From positions 1,440,001-1,504,000 of the forward strand of contig CAXXGO010000006.1 in assembly GCA_963666835.2 (NCBI GenBank): a stretch of DNA of 64,000 nt, written 5' to 3'. Positions within the stretch are counted from its first letter, which is position 1. The number at the start of each line of letters is the position of its first letter. Shown one piece after another: positions 18,762 to 29,025 of this stretch. The translations under genes and the position numbers were made by a program. The notes beneath the pieces are model-generated. The model was not told the DNA's origin, searched no databases, and worked only from the letters and a program-made list of their open reading frames with translations. The DNA comes from Phycisphaerae bacterium. GTDB lineage: Bacteria > Planctomycetota > Phycisphaerae > UBA1845.

Positions 18762-20135
18762 ATGACGACCGTGTTGACGACAAATGAAGCCGTGACCGTC
18801 GGGGATTCCGCATATCCGGCCGGCCGCGTCTCCGCCGAGTCGATCAAAGAGGCGGCGCCGGTAGCACCGGTCGGACTGTTGGCCGTTGCGGCTCTCTGGC
18901 GACGGTTGGTGTTGTTCGTAGCCGGAATGGTCTTTATTCTCGGTGCCGTCGAGCTGGCTCTTTCGGCGAGTGTGGGCGGATTCAATGTCCCCCAGGGCTT
19001 CACCCGTCGGGCGCCGGCCCCGTACGTAGAGTTCTACTCGGAGCCCAACTACCACGGGGCAGGCCAGGAAGGCGAGTTCATCGATACTAATGACGCGGGC
19101 TTCCGTTACGGGCCGCTGCCGGTGGAGAAACCGCCGGACGAACTTCGGGTGTTCTTTTTGGCCAGCAGCTTCGGCTTCCGCGGTTCCACGAACGACGCGA
19201 CCATCGCCGGACAGATGGAACGGCTTCTCGCATCCACCGCAGGTGCCGCGGGTCGGCGAATTCGGGTCGTCAATGCCAGCGGCACGTCGCTTGTATTGCG
19301 TCAGTCGCTCGTGCTGCTGGTGACCAGGATTCTGGCCTATCAGCCTGACATTATCGTGGTGTTTCACGGCCCGGAGGTGCTGTACTACCCCACTGTCTGC
19401 GAGCGCCGGCCCGGGTTCCCCTTCGACTTCCGTATCCGAGAGCGCCTCCACAGCAAGCTTGCCGGGAAGCTCCCGAAGGAGGACCCGATCATCACGTTGG
19501 TAAAGCGGACCCGGCTTTTTCAGCACTTCCATCCGGATCTGGGCCGCAATGCCCAACAGACCGCGCTGGCTCGGCACAATCAGGTCATTACCATAGATGC
19601 CCCGGACCAGTACGAGCCGTACATTGATGTTGTTGCCGAAGACCTGCACAAAATCATGCGAATTGCCTCGGCCTTCGGTTGCCGCACGCTTGTCGCCTTG
19701 CCGCCGTGGCGGAGCCCGGCCCTTCTGCCTGAAGCAATCCCCCGTCTGGCCGAGCGTGTTGAGCGCGTCTGCCGCGACCACTCTGCAAAAGACGTTCACT
19801 ATGCAGACACTATCCCGCTAACCGAAGAGCTGACCCGCCGTCAGCTCTGGCGGCCCGACGGCATCCACTGGGGTGAAGCCGGCAATCGTCTGATCGCGGA
19901 ACGACTCGTACAAGCACTACGCGACGGCGGATTCTTGGAACACGGCCGGAGTGCTGACGGGACGGCTCTGCAATCCGAGGAATTCCAGTTCGGGCGACCG
20001 CAGGTCCTTCCTCCCTTACCGAAGGGGGATCGAGGGGAGTGTATTCGGGCAGCGAAAGACTTCCCCCAGCCCCTCCTTAGTGAGGAGGAGGCAAAGAAAT
20101 GCGATCATTTTCCCGGGAAGGAGCGGGACTCATGA
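18762..20135 (+). CDS. Membrane-anchored SGNH/GDSL hydrolase-like protein (partner of the MBOAT)
   Basis: N-terminal TM; TNDAGFR...KPPDELRVFFLASS, RIRVVNAS, PDIIVVFHG, DGIHWGEAGNRLIAE. Confidence 0.75.
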   Translation: MTTVLTTNEAVTVGDSAYPAGRVSAESIKEAAPVAPVGLLAVAALWRRLVLFVAGMVFILGAVELALSASVGGFNVPQGFTRRAPAPYVEFYSEPNYHGAGQEGEFIDTNDAGFRYGPLPVEKPPDELRVFFLASSFGFRGSTNDATIAGQMERLLASTAGAAGRRIRVVNASGTSLVLRQSLVLLVTRILAYQPDIIVVFHGPEVLYYPTVCERRPGFPFDFRIRERLHSKLAGKLPKEDPIITLVKRTRLFQHFHPDLGRNAQQTALARHNQVITIDAPDQYEPYIDVVAEDLHKIMRIASAFGCRTLVALPPWRSPALLPEAIPRLAERVERVCRDHSAKDVHYADTIPLTEELTRRQLWRPDGIHWGEAGNRLIAERLVQALRDGGFLEHGRSADGTALQSEEFQFGRPQVLPPLPKGDRGECIRAAKDFPQPLLSEEEAKKCDHFPGKERDS

Positions 20136-21052
20136 TGACACGTTCTTGGCAACGTGTTCTGCGGATGACGGGATACGCTGTCCTGGCATGCTCGCTGCCG
20201 GCCGCGCTGGCGTGCTTTGTCTCGTATCGCCAGGACCAGGACTTCCTCGGCGAAATGGCCCGGCGGATCGTGGCCGGCGAGACAACCCCGGCCGCCCGCG
20301 TGTTGGCATTGTCGAATTCGATCCACCGGGATCAGGCGACGCATAAGAACGGCAGCTTTTTCGCGGTGCGAAGATGGGGTCCGACCTCGCGGCAGGTATT
20401 CGTCCACGGCGGGGACTGCGCGGACAAGTCGCGATTGTTATGTGCGTTGTTGCGGGAGCTGGACATCTCGGCCACGCCGGTTATGTGTTTCGACCCGCAA
20501 ACGGGGCTACCGACCCACACTATCGTTGAGACCGATCTGGGTGACGGCTCTCGGATGATAGTAGACCCGACGTACGACCTGTACTTCCCGAAGCCCAACG
20601 CGGCGGGGTTCTATGACCTGCTGGACTTGCGGCGCGACCCGGACATCCTGGCGAACCGGATCGCCGAGTTGTGCGCCAGCGCTCCTCCGGCCCGCGAGGC
20701 TGACGTATACTACATGCGGGCGTCGACCCCATATCACCACGTCAGCACGATAAACTGGGATCAGAACGCGTTTTCCCGCTGGACGCGCGATCGGCTTCTG
20801 CCGCTATTCGGTGATAGAGTCTATCGGTTTTCCCGCCCTGCAATCCTGGAGGAACCGAAACTGCTCGCCACGGTCACGCTGCTGACACCGGGGGTCTTGG
20901 TTATACTCTTGATGGGCTGTAAGGCGGCGATGCGATTGGCCCGCCGGAGGTGGCGAAGACTCCGCAACGACCGGATCAGCGCGGTCGCCCTGAACGGGAC
21001 GTATTCAGGTAGAGGTCTGTCGGGCGCGGAAGTGGTCTCGGATGGCAGTTAG
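20132..21052 (+). CDS. Transglutaminase-like membrane protein
   Basis: GDCADKSRLL...THTIVE...IVDPTY Cys-His-Asp triad; TM at both ends; ATGA overlap with the SGNH gene. Confidence 0.8.
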   Translation: MMTRSWQRVLRMTGYAVLACSLPAALACFVSYRQDQDFLGEMARRIVAGETTPAARVLALSNSIHRDQATHKNGSFFAVRRWGPTSRQVFVHGGDCADKSRLLCALLRELDISATPVMCFDPQTGLPTHTIVETDLGDGSRMIVDPTYDLYFPKPNAAGFYDLLDLRRDPDILANRIAELCASAPPAREADVYYMRASTPYHHVSTINWDQNAFSRWTRDRLLPLFGDRVYRFSRPAILEEPKLLATVTLLTPGVLVILLMGCKAAMRLARRRWRRLRNDRISAVALNGTYSGRGLSGAEVVSDGS

Positions 21053-22876
21053 CCGATGGGCGGTGGTGTGGTGGTCTTCCACGGTGGCTTGAGCCGACTT
21101 GGTCCGGCTTCGGGCGGCTTCGGGATCCGCATGGATCTGTCGTACGGCGTCAGCCAATTCAGTTCGACTCTCGTAGAAAGTAAGGTGCGCGGCAAGTTCC
21201 GTTAGCTCGGGGTGCTCCCCGATGAACTGTTCGCAGGTTCCCCGGCAGATTACCATAGCACCCGCCGCCAGCGCGTCTACAGCCCTCTGAACCGCACCGA
21301 CTGACAGCTCCGGAATCACGACGATCCCGGCGCAAGCCAGAAGCCGGCCCAAGGCTTCGCCGGAGGGGATTGGTCCGCGCCGAGTCGTGGATGCGTTCAG
21401 CGAATCAGGCCAGTTCTCCCCCCACAAAGCCACGGCGGCGCCGCTATTTGCCAGGGTTTCGGCGGTTGCCCGCCCGATTGCGGCGGGGCCGATGCGTGTG
21501 CATAGCAACTGCAGGAAAGGTGCTCGAACCACGGCGTCGGAGACGGTTACTCCGCACTCTTTCTGAGCGGCGTCGAACAGCTCCTCGGCCAAGCCGTTTT
21601 GAAAGCGGTCCACGGTCCGGGAGGCTACTTGTTGCATGGCCCGCCAGAGAGTGATCTGGCTTCCCAGGGTCAGGTTGACGGCTTCCGGGCGATCGTCGGG
21701 CAGGTCCATAAGGACGGCTATTCCCGCAGAAGCGCCAAATCGGTTCGGCGGTGCCGTTTGCGCTGCGCGGCACATGACGGGGTCTGCGGCCGGCTCGCAG
21801 CGAACGATTCGGTCGGTCGGTATCCCCGCTTCGGAAAGTCGTTCGACGAGCGTGGACGTGCCTGCAAAAACCGTATAATTGGCGAGGTTTCGTGCCGCGT
21901 GGATTGAGGCTAAGTCCACTTCGGTCGTTAGCCAGGAGGCCAGGGGCAGCGCCGACGGCAGCAGTGTCGTCAGGCGTCCGGGTCCGCAGTTGACGAACAG
22001 CACACAATCCGCGCCGGCTTCGACTATCGCCCGCATCCGTGCCGCCGGGTGACAATTGCCCGGCATATCCGGCACGCACGTTCGATGCTCCCAGCCAAGC
22101 TCGCCCAGAGATTCTTCGATCCGTTGCACATCCGCCAGGGAATGGGCGCGCGAGTCTACGCTCAGAATCGCCACGGCGGGTCGATCCGGCAGAGATTCGT
22201 AGCGCCGCCGGCGAAGCGCACCCGCCAGTGCATCGATCGCGCGCGCTTGCACTTCCACGACCGCTTCACCGGCGATCTCGATTTCCCTCTGCATCTCCGT
22301 CATCTCCACTGCGGTGAGGTGCGGGACATTAAGAAGCCTCTGTGGGAGTTCGTATCCGGGATGCGCCTCGAAGAACGTGCGTAGCCGCTCGGCGAGGTTA
22401 TCGCCGAGGATGAAGACGAGACGTCCGTTGCGCAGCAGGTTCGTGTAGTCGTACAGGTGCAGCGCCAACTTGATGGCCAGCGGATCGCGTTCTACGACGA
22501 ATACCGCACTGAAGTTCGACATGCGCTCGGCGAGCAGGTGGACTTCTAAGCCGGTGAGTATGCCGGGCAGCATCATACCGGTGTCGTCACTCTGGCGATT
22601 CCGGCACAGTGCGGGGGCGCTTATTGTCGGGGCGGAGGACCTGCCGAACCAGGTTGATCGACCGTCGGCTCCGCGAATGACGAACGTCTCGCTGCCGTCG
22701 CGGCCCTTCGCCGCCGCAATGCTTGCCGGGATGGCCACGGCACGCACTTCATCAGCCACGTCCGGCTGGAAGGAGTTCAGTGCCGCGAGATTGGCTTCGT
22801 AGAACTTGCCCTGAGCGATTGCCGGAGATTCTGCGATCTTGCAGCCGGGTTGGGCGTCGGGTGCTGCGGGCGGCAT
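21005..22876 (-). CDS. Maf-like N-terminus plus CgeB-like glycosyltransferase domain protein
   Basis: FYEANLAAL...VFVVERDP...LLRNGRLVFILG at the N-terminus; ELADAVRQI...VEDHHTTAHRL at the C-terminus. Confidence 0.6.
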   Translation of the reverse strand: MPPAAPDAQPGCKIAESPAIAQGKFYEANLAALNSFQPDVADEVRAVAIPASIAAAKGRDGSETFVIRGADGRSTWFGRSSAPTISAPALCRNRQSDDTGMMLPGILTGLEVHLLAERMSNFSAVFVVERDPLAIKLALHLYDYTNLLRNGRLVFILGDNLAERLRTFFEAHPGYELPQRLLNVPHLTAVEMTEMQREIEIAGEAVVEVQARAIDALAGALRRRRYESLPDRPAVAILSVDSRAHSLADVQRIEESLGELGWEHRTCVPDMPGNCHPAARMRAIVEAGADCVLFVNCGPGRLTTLLPSALPLASWLTTEVDLASIHAARNLANYTVFAGTSTLVERLSEAGIPTDRIVRCEPAADPVMCRAAQTAPPNRFGASAGIAVLMDLPDDRPEAVNLTLGSQITLWRAMQQVASRTVDRFQNGLAEELFDAAQKECGVTVSDAVVRAPFLQLLCTRIGPAAIGRATAETLANSGAAVALWGENWPDSLNASTTRRGPIPSGEALGRLLACAGIVVIPELSVGAVQRAVDALAAGAMVICRGTCEQFIGEHPELTELAAHLTFYESRTELADAVRQIHADPEAARSRTKSAQATVEDHHTTAHRLTAIRDHFRARQTST

Positions 22877-22880
22877 GACG

Positions 22881-23069
22881 TTAAGCTGTCATCATGACAA
22901 AAAGGAACACCAACCAGGCGCCCCAGGCTATGGCAAACCCGACGACCGGCCACTTTGCCATCGGGGGGCCGTTCCCCACGGGAACGCTTGGATCCTCCCA
23001 GATGGTGAGGGGCTTTGCCGCCTCGTCCGTCGGGTCGCTCGTGGGATTATCTGCGTCTTGTTCGCTCAT
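22881..23069 (-). CDS. Small single-TM protein (62 aa)
   Basis: SD GGAG; acidic N-terminus and C-terminal TM; ends 4 nt before the next gene. Confidence 0.7.
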   Translation of the reverse strand: MSEQDADNPTSDPTDEAAKPLTIWEDPSVPVGNGPPMAKWPVVGFAIAWGAWLVFLFVMMTA

Positions 23070-23159
23070 CCGTTTATTCTCCCGGGCTGAAAAGCGTAAG
23101 GGCAGAGTACCCGAATCCCGCTCCGGGGACCAGCACCTTTGCTATGGGGGGCAACGATA

Positions 23160-24530
23160 CTACCTTTCCGGCGGAATCTCGATAACCACTGGGATCTCGA
23201 TTCGCTCGGCACCCTTGATGTCGGTAGTCAAGGTCAGCACCGTTTCATGGGTGCCGGCGGGCAGCTTGTCGGCAGTTAGAACCACGTCGAGGAAACGAAG
23301 GTGGCGCAGCCGGGAACTTGCTTCCTTATCCACCGCAGCCGTAACCGCGGGGTTTGGACAGGCGACGCTCAGAATCCCCAGTTCATCGCGGGGTGAGCCC
23401 TGGACTCGAATCCGTCGACGAGTGCCGATGGGCGTACCGTCTCCGCGTAACAGAATGAGCGGTGGATCCACCATAACCGGCTCGGCGATGACCCCGAAGA
23501 CCGGGACCAGAATCATGGGCTGGTCCAACAGGTCGGTTCGAATCTCGAGCATCGTTCCTACCGGTCCGCTGGCGGCCCCCTCACGCACGGTCAGTTCGAC
23601 ATCGTATTTGGTTGCACGGCCCTTTGTTCCTTTGGTCTCGGAGGCGACGTCGAATAGCGGTCCGGCACTCGCGCTGATGATCTCGAACGGGCGCTTGTCG
23701 GTCGACCGGACCGTGACCGGTGGGAGATGCCGTCCCGGTCGCAATTCCTGCCGCGTCGCATCGACGACCTTGGGCAAGAAGGTCAGGTCGCCCACGACCT
23801 CCGCCCGGAGCGGCATACTCCGGACCCGCTTGATCCCGTCTATAGACAGGGAGATTTGGGCTTTCGTTGAGATAGCGCCGAGCCCCGCAAACTCCGTAGC
23901 TTCAAACCGAACGCGCACGCCTCGACCTTCCGGGCCATCAAACGGCTCCGCCTCGTGGGCCAACGGCACATTATCCGCGTAATTCAGCCCCAACAGTTCA
24001 ACCGACTTACGCCCCTTGCCGGGGGTGATTTCCAGCACGGTTTCCGAGGGCACCTCGCGTTGGAGCACCCGCAAGTTCAGCATGGTCGATGGTTTCGTTT
24101 CGAACAGGACCTCGATTGCGGCCGTGAACCGCAGTTTCGACTCGGCTTCCACCGGGTCGTTGGTGAACAACGTAATGCTCTTGGTCTGCTCACCGCGACG
24201 ACGGGTACTGTCGAACTCCACCTCCAGGTCCGCGGCTTGTTCGGCCGGGATGGTCAACTCGCCGCCTTCGAGCTTCACCACGGTGCATCCGCAGTCGGGC
24301 TTCACGCGACTGATGACGAGATCTTCGGTTCCGTGATTCTCCAGGTGCCATTTCACGGTGACCTTGTCCCCCTCGAGGACGGAGCCGAGCTTAATGAGGC
24401 GCTTCGCAACTACGAGGCGAGGACCCTCGAAGACCCGTCCGTCCGCTTGTTTCGGGGCTGGCGGGAGCTGACCCGTGACCGACTGCGTAACCAGCTCGAA
24501 ACAGATCATCCAGACGACTGACTGCAACAT
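23160..24530 (-). CDS. DUF1573 (Ig-like) secreted protein
   Basis: LENHGTEDLVISRVKPDCGCT...KSITLFTNDP; start MLQSVV after GGGGAG. Confidence 0.85.
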   Translation of the reverse strand: MLQSVVWMICFELVTQSVTGQLPPAPKQADGRVFEGPRLVVAKRLIKLGSVLEGDKVTVKWHLENHGTEDLVISRVKPDCGCTVVKLEGGELTIPAEQAADLEVEFDSTRRRGEQTKSITLFTNDPVEAESKLRFTAAIEVLFETKPSTMLNLRVLQREVPSETVLEITPGKGRKSVELLGLNYADNVPLAHEAEPFDGPEGRGVRVRFEATEFAGLGAISTKAQISLSIDGIKRVRSMPLRAEVVGDLTFLPKVVDATRQELRPGRHLPPVTVRSTDKRPFEIISASAGPLFDVASETKGTKGRATKYDVELTVREGAASGPVGTMLEIRTDLLDQPMILVPVFGVIAEPVMVDPPLILLRGDGTPIGTRRRIRVQGSPRDELGILSVACPNPAVTAAVDKEASSRLRHLRFLDVVLTADKLPAGTHETVLTLTTDIKGAERIEIPVVIEIPPER

Positions 24531-24714
24531 GTTAATTCTCCCCGAGCCTGATCGGACTGCTGTCGGCCGCAGTCCCTCGTGCTGCGGATTACTGCCCGGA
24601 CCCACCCCCCGGACCGGGCTACCTAATCGTAATACGAATCGGCGGAGCCCGAGTTCGGAGCCCGCCGCCCCTGCGCCGGAAGCCGGCGGAATGCCGGGAC
24701 CGTGCTGATGCCGT

Positions 24715-24800
24715 TTCCTCACTAAGGAGGGGCTGGGGGAGGTTCCTCTCCGTCGGAATAAACCCCCTCGATCCCCCTTGGCAAGACGGGAGGGTCCTGA
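24715..24800. repeat. CCCCCTT/AAGGGGG-type repeat
   Basis: Its reverse complement aligns with 20001-20090 (AAGGGGGATCGAGGGG...CCCCCAGCCCCTCCTTAGTGAGGA); partial third copy at 26920-26937. Confidence 0.65.
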
Positions 24801-25062
24801 TCGACGCTATTCGAAACGTCGCTGGGACAGGTTATCGTCCTGACGCGCCTTCTGCCAGTCTTTGCACGAGCCTGTTGTATTTCAGGGTTGCCGAAACGCT
24901 GCCGGCGGGCAGGTTGGGCGGACGTACCCGTTCTGGTATCCTGCGGCTACTGGATCTCGCCCGATCGAAACCGTGTTCCGCTACCGGGCTGTGAGTGGAA
25001 CGCCGACGGCTGAGCCCCAGAGCCTGTGCGAACTCGTATTCCCTTAGCAGGTTCCGCCGACC

Positions 25063-26877
25063 ATGGACAACGTTGTGTCTGGTTTCTCGTGCCTCGCCCG
25101 CCGGGCTACGGCGTTCGTCGCCGGGGGGGTGTTCATCGTCGCCGGATACTCCCCGGCAGCCGAGCCTGAGGCCGAGTTGCCCGTAGTGCTGACGGAGGTG
25201 AGCGGCGCGGCCGGTATCGAGTTCGTGGAGACCATCGGTGACCTGGAGTTATCAAATATTGTGGAAGCCACAGGCGTCGGATGCGGGTTTCTCGACTACG
25301 ATGCCGACGGTTGGATGGATCTCTACCTGGTAAACGGTAAGTGGCTGGAGGGGCTGTCGGATCCAGGGATCGATCCGCAAGTGCGCCGCGCCAATGCTAC
25401 GGCAACCGACCGCCTCTACCGCAATCGGGGCGATGGCACGTTTGAAGACGTAACCGCCGCGGCCGGGTTGACTCGTTCGGGATACGGTATGGCGGTGGTG
25501 GCCGCGGATTTCGACGGTGACGGTGATTGTGACATATACGTTACGAACTACGGCCCGAACTTTCTGTTCGTTAACCATGGCGACGGCACGTTTACGGAGG
25601 AGGCTAAGGTTCGGGGCGTTGCCGACCCGGCGTTCAGTGTCGGGGCCGTGTTTCTGGACTATGACCGCGACGGCCGGCTGGATCTTTATGTTGGGAACTA
25701 CGTCACGTATGAGCCGGACGAAGGTCGCCAGCACACGCCGGCGGGAGTCCACAGTCCCCTGGCGTATGAAGGGCAGCAGGACCGGCTCTATCGCGGGCAA
25801 GCCGATAGAACGTTCGCGGATGTAACTGCCCAAGCCGGCGTTGCTATTCGCCCGGTGGGTCGGGCGATGGGCGTCGGGACGATCGATTATGACGACGACG
25901 GGCTTGTGGACGTTTTCGTTTCGAACGACGCGATGGAGAACTTCCTACTGCGCAATCAAGGCGACGGTACCTTTGTGAACGAAGCGTTGTTTTCCGGGGC
26001 CGCTTTCGGGGAGGCCGGTGACGCGGCGGCGGCAATGGCGGTGGAGGTCGCCGACTACGATGTCGACGGGCGGTTGGACATGCTCATCCCTGACATGAAC
26101 CGTTGCTGTTTGTACCACAATCTCGGGGATGGGATGTTCGAGGACGTCGCCACCCGTGCGGGACTCTCTCGGGTTGTAAGCGGTCGCCATAGCTGGGCCG
26201 GGGTCTTCGCGGATTTTGATCTCGACGGTTGCCTGGACGTGTATCTTGCCAACGGCAGTGCCTGTTTGTTGGAGGCTCAGCACGACTGCCTCTTGACGGG
26301 TGACGGCCGGGGGCGGTTCACCAGTGTGCTAAGCAGCAGTGGCTCCCCGGTCAGCAACCTCAGCCGCAAGTTCGTCGGTCGAGGGGCGGCTCGCGGAGAC
26401 TATGACAACGACGGCGATCTTGATCTGCTGGTTAACAACTTGAATGCGCACCCTCTTCTTCTGCGAAACGACACTCCGCGGCGTGGTCGGCATTGGCTTA
26501 TGATCAACCTCGTTGGGAAGCCGCCCAATCGTGACGCGCTCGGGGCGGTTGTGCGGTGCAGAGTGGGCGACAGAACCGTGGTCCTCCCGCGAGCGTCCGC
26601 AGGCAGCTACTTGTCTCAGCATGACTCGCGGCTCCACCTGGGGCTCGGGAGCCACGCATCGGTCAAGCTAATCGAGGTCATCTGGCCCGACGGGTCGCGC
26701 CAAGTCGAGCAGGATGTCCTGGCGGACCAAGTTGTGACGATTAGACAGGGCTTGATTAGAGACGTCTTGCCCGAAGAGGCCCAACCCGGACGGGCTCGGA
26801 GTGGTGGGGCTGCCGCTGGGCAGACTCTGAACCGGAAGTCGGAGGTGGGGCAGGCTGCGGCTCGGAACGGGGATTAG
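25063..26877 (+). CDS. CRTAC1-family protein (FG-GAP repeats + ASPIC/UnbV domain)
   Basis: Repeated DYDxDGxxDLY and LYRNRGDGTFEDVT; NRDALGAVV...SYLSQHDSRLHLGLG...IWPDG. Confidence 0.92.
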   Translation: MDNVVSGFSCLARRATAFVAGGVFIVAGYSPAAEPEAELPVVLTEVSGAAGIEFVETIGDLELSNIVEATGVGCGFLDYDADGWMDLYLVNGKWLEGLSDPGIDPQVRRANATATDRLYRNRGDGTFEDVTAAAGLTRSGYGMAVVAADFDGDGDCDIYVTNYGPNFLFVNHGDGTFTEEAKVRGVADPAFSVGAVFLDYDRDGRLDLYVGNYVTYEPDEGRQHTPAGVHSPLAYEGQQDRLYRGQADRTFADVTAQAGVAIRPVGRAMGVGTIDYDDDGLVDVFVSNDAMENFLLRNQGDGTFVNEALFSGAAFGEAGDAAAAMAVEVADYDVDGRLDMLIPDMNRCCLYHNLGDGMFEDVATRAGLSRVVSGRHSWAGVFADFDLDGCLDVYLANGSACLLEAQHDCLLTGDGRGRFTSVLSSSGSPVSNLSRKFVGRGAARGDYDNDGDLDLLVNNLNAHPLLLRNDTPRRGRHWLMINLVGKPPNRDALGAVVRCRVGDRTVVLPRASAGSYLSQHDSRLHLGLGSHASVKLIEVIWPDGSRQVEQDVLADQVVTIRQGLIRDVLPEEAQPGRARSGGAAAGQTLNRKSEVGQAAARNGD

Positions 26878-26965
26878 CGCCGTATTCGGGAATGCCGCAA
26901 CGGGCTTTTCACCATTAATAAGGGGGATTCAGGGGGTGCTCCGATGGCGGAGGGGCTTTCCTGTC

Positions 26966-26994
26966 TTGGTAGGGCGGGGACGAGCGAATATAAT
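26966..26994 (+). promoter_or_regulatory. Sigma-70 promoter
   Basis: TTGGTA-N17-TATAAT about 155 nt upstream of the Rid gene. Confidence 0.55.
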
Positions 26995-27150
26995 GCGTTT
27001 CATTCGTGAACAACGGAAGCGGTCGGTTTCGGCCACGTTTCGCCGGGACTACGCGGAACCGGTGGCGGACCGCGCAACGTGATCAGGTCGGGTTTGATGG
27101 TGGCGTAAGATCTCGCGTCGATGCCGCCGGATGAGGAAAGGTGATAGAGA

Positions 27151-27615
27151 ATGAGCAAGAATGACAAGGAGAGAATCAAGAAGACGCCGATCGAGAACAA
27201 GAACGTCCTGTGTGAGGCGTACCACTACGAGAAGAAGGTGTCGTTCACGCGGGGGATGCGGGTAGAACTGGACAACTGCGTCATGCTGTTCATCTCCGGC
27301 ACCGCCAGCGTTACCGACGAGGGCACGTACGCCCATCGCGGCGACATCAAGGCCCAGACCCGTCGTACGTTCCACAACATCACGGGCCTGCTCGAGAGCG
27401 AGGGCGCCGACTGGCACGACATCATCCGCACCACGTGCTACCTGGCCGACTTTCGGTACTACGACGAATTCAACGAGACTCGCAACGCGTTCTACGAAGA
27501 GCAGCAACTGGACCCGCTGCCGGCCAGCACGTGTATCGAGGCGCGGATCTGCTGGCCTGAGCTGCTGGTTGAGATTGAGGCGATTGCGATGATTCCGAAG
27601 AGTCGAGCCATGTAA
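27151..27615 (+). CDS. Rid (YjgF/YER057c/UK114) family protein
   Basis: LFISGTAS...GDIKAQTRRTFHNI...FNETRNAFY...PASTCIE...LLVEIEAIA; strong SD. Confidence 0.9.
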   Translation: MSKNDKERIKKTPIENKNVLCEAYHYEKKVSFTRGMRVELDNCVMLFISGTASVTDEGTYAHRGDIKAQTRRTFHNITGLLESEGADWHDIIRTTCYLADFRYYDEFNETRNAFYEEQQLDPLPASTCIEARICWPELLVEIEAIAMIPKSRAM

Positions 27616-28008
27616 CAGGTTATCAACAAGGAGTTTACGGCACCTTGGCGATCTGTCCGGAGTCTGGGGCGAACGCCCGTTTTTGGGCGATAATATGCCG
27701 CTTCGGGGCCGACTATTTCCTTGCAAAAGGTTCTTGAAGGTGGCATCATATCGCGTATAGGATCGTATGCTGTTTTCTCGTCGTGCCGCTGTCGGGCTGG
27801 GTGGCGGTGTGGCGTGCAGATCGTTGTCCCGGCAAGGGGCAGATCCATTCGGAGGTTCGGAAGGGGACAGAGGTCGCATTTCGGCGATAAGGACGGGGTA
27901 GGTCGCGAAGCGCTGGGGTGAGCCGTGTTCCAGGCCGGTGGTTGAGGATAGCACCGGCGTTCGATTGGTCGTCACGACCAAGCGGTAGCCATATTGTGGA
28001 GGCGGACC

Positions 28009-29025
28009 ATGATTGTCGTAATGGACCCCTGCAGCGCTGATGAACATATCGATGCTGTCGTGCAGCTTCTTAATCGGATGGGCGTTACCGGCTGTCCGAT
28101 TGACGGGTGTGATCATAAGGCGGTTGAAGTTCTGGGCGGTAACGGCGAGGTGGATCGCGCTGCGCTTGAGCGCGCCCCAATGGTTTCCAGGGTTCTCGAC
28201 CGTGCGGTTCCGCTTTTGGCGGGTGAGCGCAAGCCGGGCGACAGCACTCTTGCAGTTCCTCTAGGATCAGCAGCCGAAATCGGCGGCAATAAACTCGGTC
28301 TTATTGCAGGGCCTTGCAGTGTTGAAAGCGAGAGTCACCTGCTGGAAATCGCCCACGCGGTGAAGGAGGCGGGGGCGGTCGGCTTGCGCGGCGGGGCGTT
28401 CAAGCCGCGGACTTCGCCCTATGCCTTTCAGGGGCACGGCGAACGCGGGCTGGAGATGCTGGCGCGAGCGCGCGAAGAGACCGGGCTGGCCATCGTTACT
28501 GAAGTGATGCGTTGCGAGCATGTCGAACTGGTGGCACGCTACGCAGACGTGCTGCAGGTCGGTTCGCGGAACATGCACAACACGCACTTGCTGACCACGG
28601 TAGGGGCTCAGAGCACGCCGGCGCTGCTCAAGCGCGGTTGGTGCGCGAGCTTGGAGGAGTTCCTTCTCGCGGCCGAGTACATCATGTTGGGTGGCAATCA
28701 CAATGTGATTCTCTGCGAGCGCGGAATCCGCACGCAAGAGGCTTATGTACGAAACACGTTGGCGCTGGCGATAGTGCCGGAGGTCAAGCGGGTCTCGCGT
28801 CTGCCGATTATCGTGGACCCGTCTCACGGCACGGGGCGCAGTCATTTGGTGGCCCCGATGAGTAATGCGGCCGTCGCCTGCGGAGCCGATGGGCTGCTGA
28901 TCGAAGTACACAACGCGCCGAGTCGGGCTTGGTCCGACGGGTCGCAGTCGCTGGATCCGGAGCAGTTCCACGCCCTGGTGAAAGGGCTCAGGCCCTTCGC
29001 CGCTGCCAGTGAGCGCGAGCTGTAA
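28009..29025 (+). CDS. aroF: DAHP synthase, type I-beta with N-terminal regulatory domain
   Basis: MIVVM start; IAGPCSVES, LRGGAFKPRTSPYAFQG, LCERGIRT, DPSHGTG, EVH, SDG. Confidence 0.95.
   Translation: MIVVMDPCSADEHIDAVVQLLNRMGVTGCPIDGCDHKAVEVLGGNGEVDRAALERAPMVSRVLDRAVPLLAGERKPGDSTLAVPLGSAAEIGGNKLGLIAGPCSVESESHLLEIAHAVKEAGAVGLRGGAFKPRTSPYAFQGHGERGLEMLARAREETGLAIVTEVMRCEHVELVARYADVLQVGSRNMHNTHLLTTVGAQSTPALLKRGWCASLEEFLLAAEYIMLGGNHNVILCERGIRTQEAYVRNTLALAIVPEVKRVSRLPIIVDPSHGTGRSHLVAPMSNAAVACGADGLLIEVHNAPSRAWSDGSQSLDPEQFHALVKGLRPFAAASEREL

Noticed and set aside
22894..23982. Long antisense ORFs (e.g. 22894-23982, 27049-28116, 18744-19799, 37481-38413)
   Set aside because: Shadow ORFs opposite well-supported genes, as expected in GC-rich DNA.
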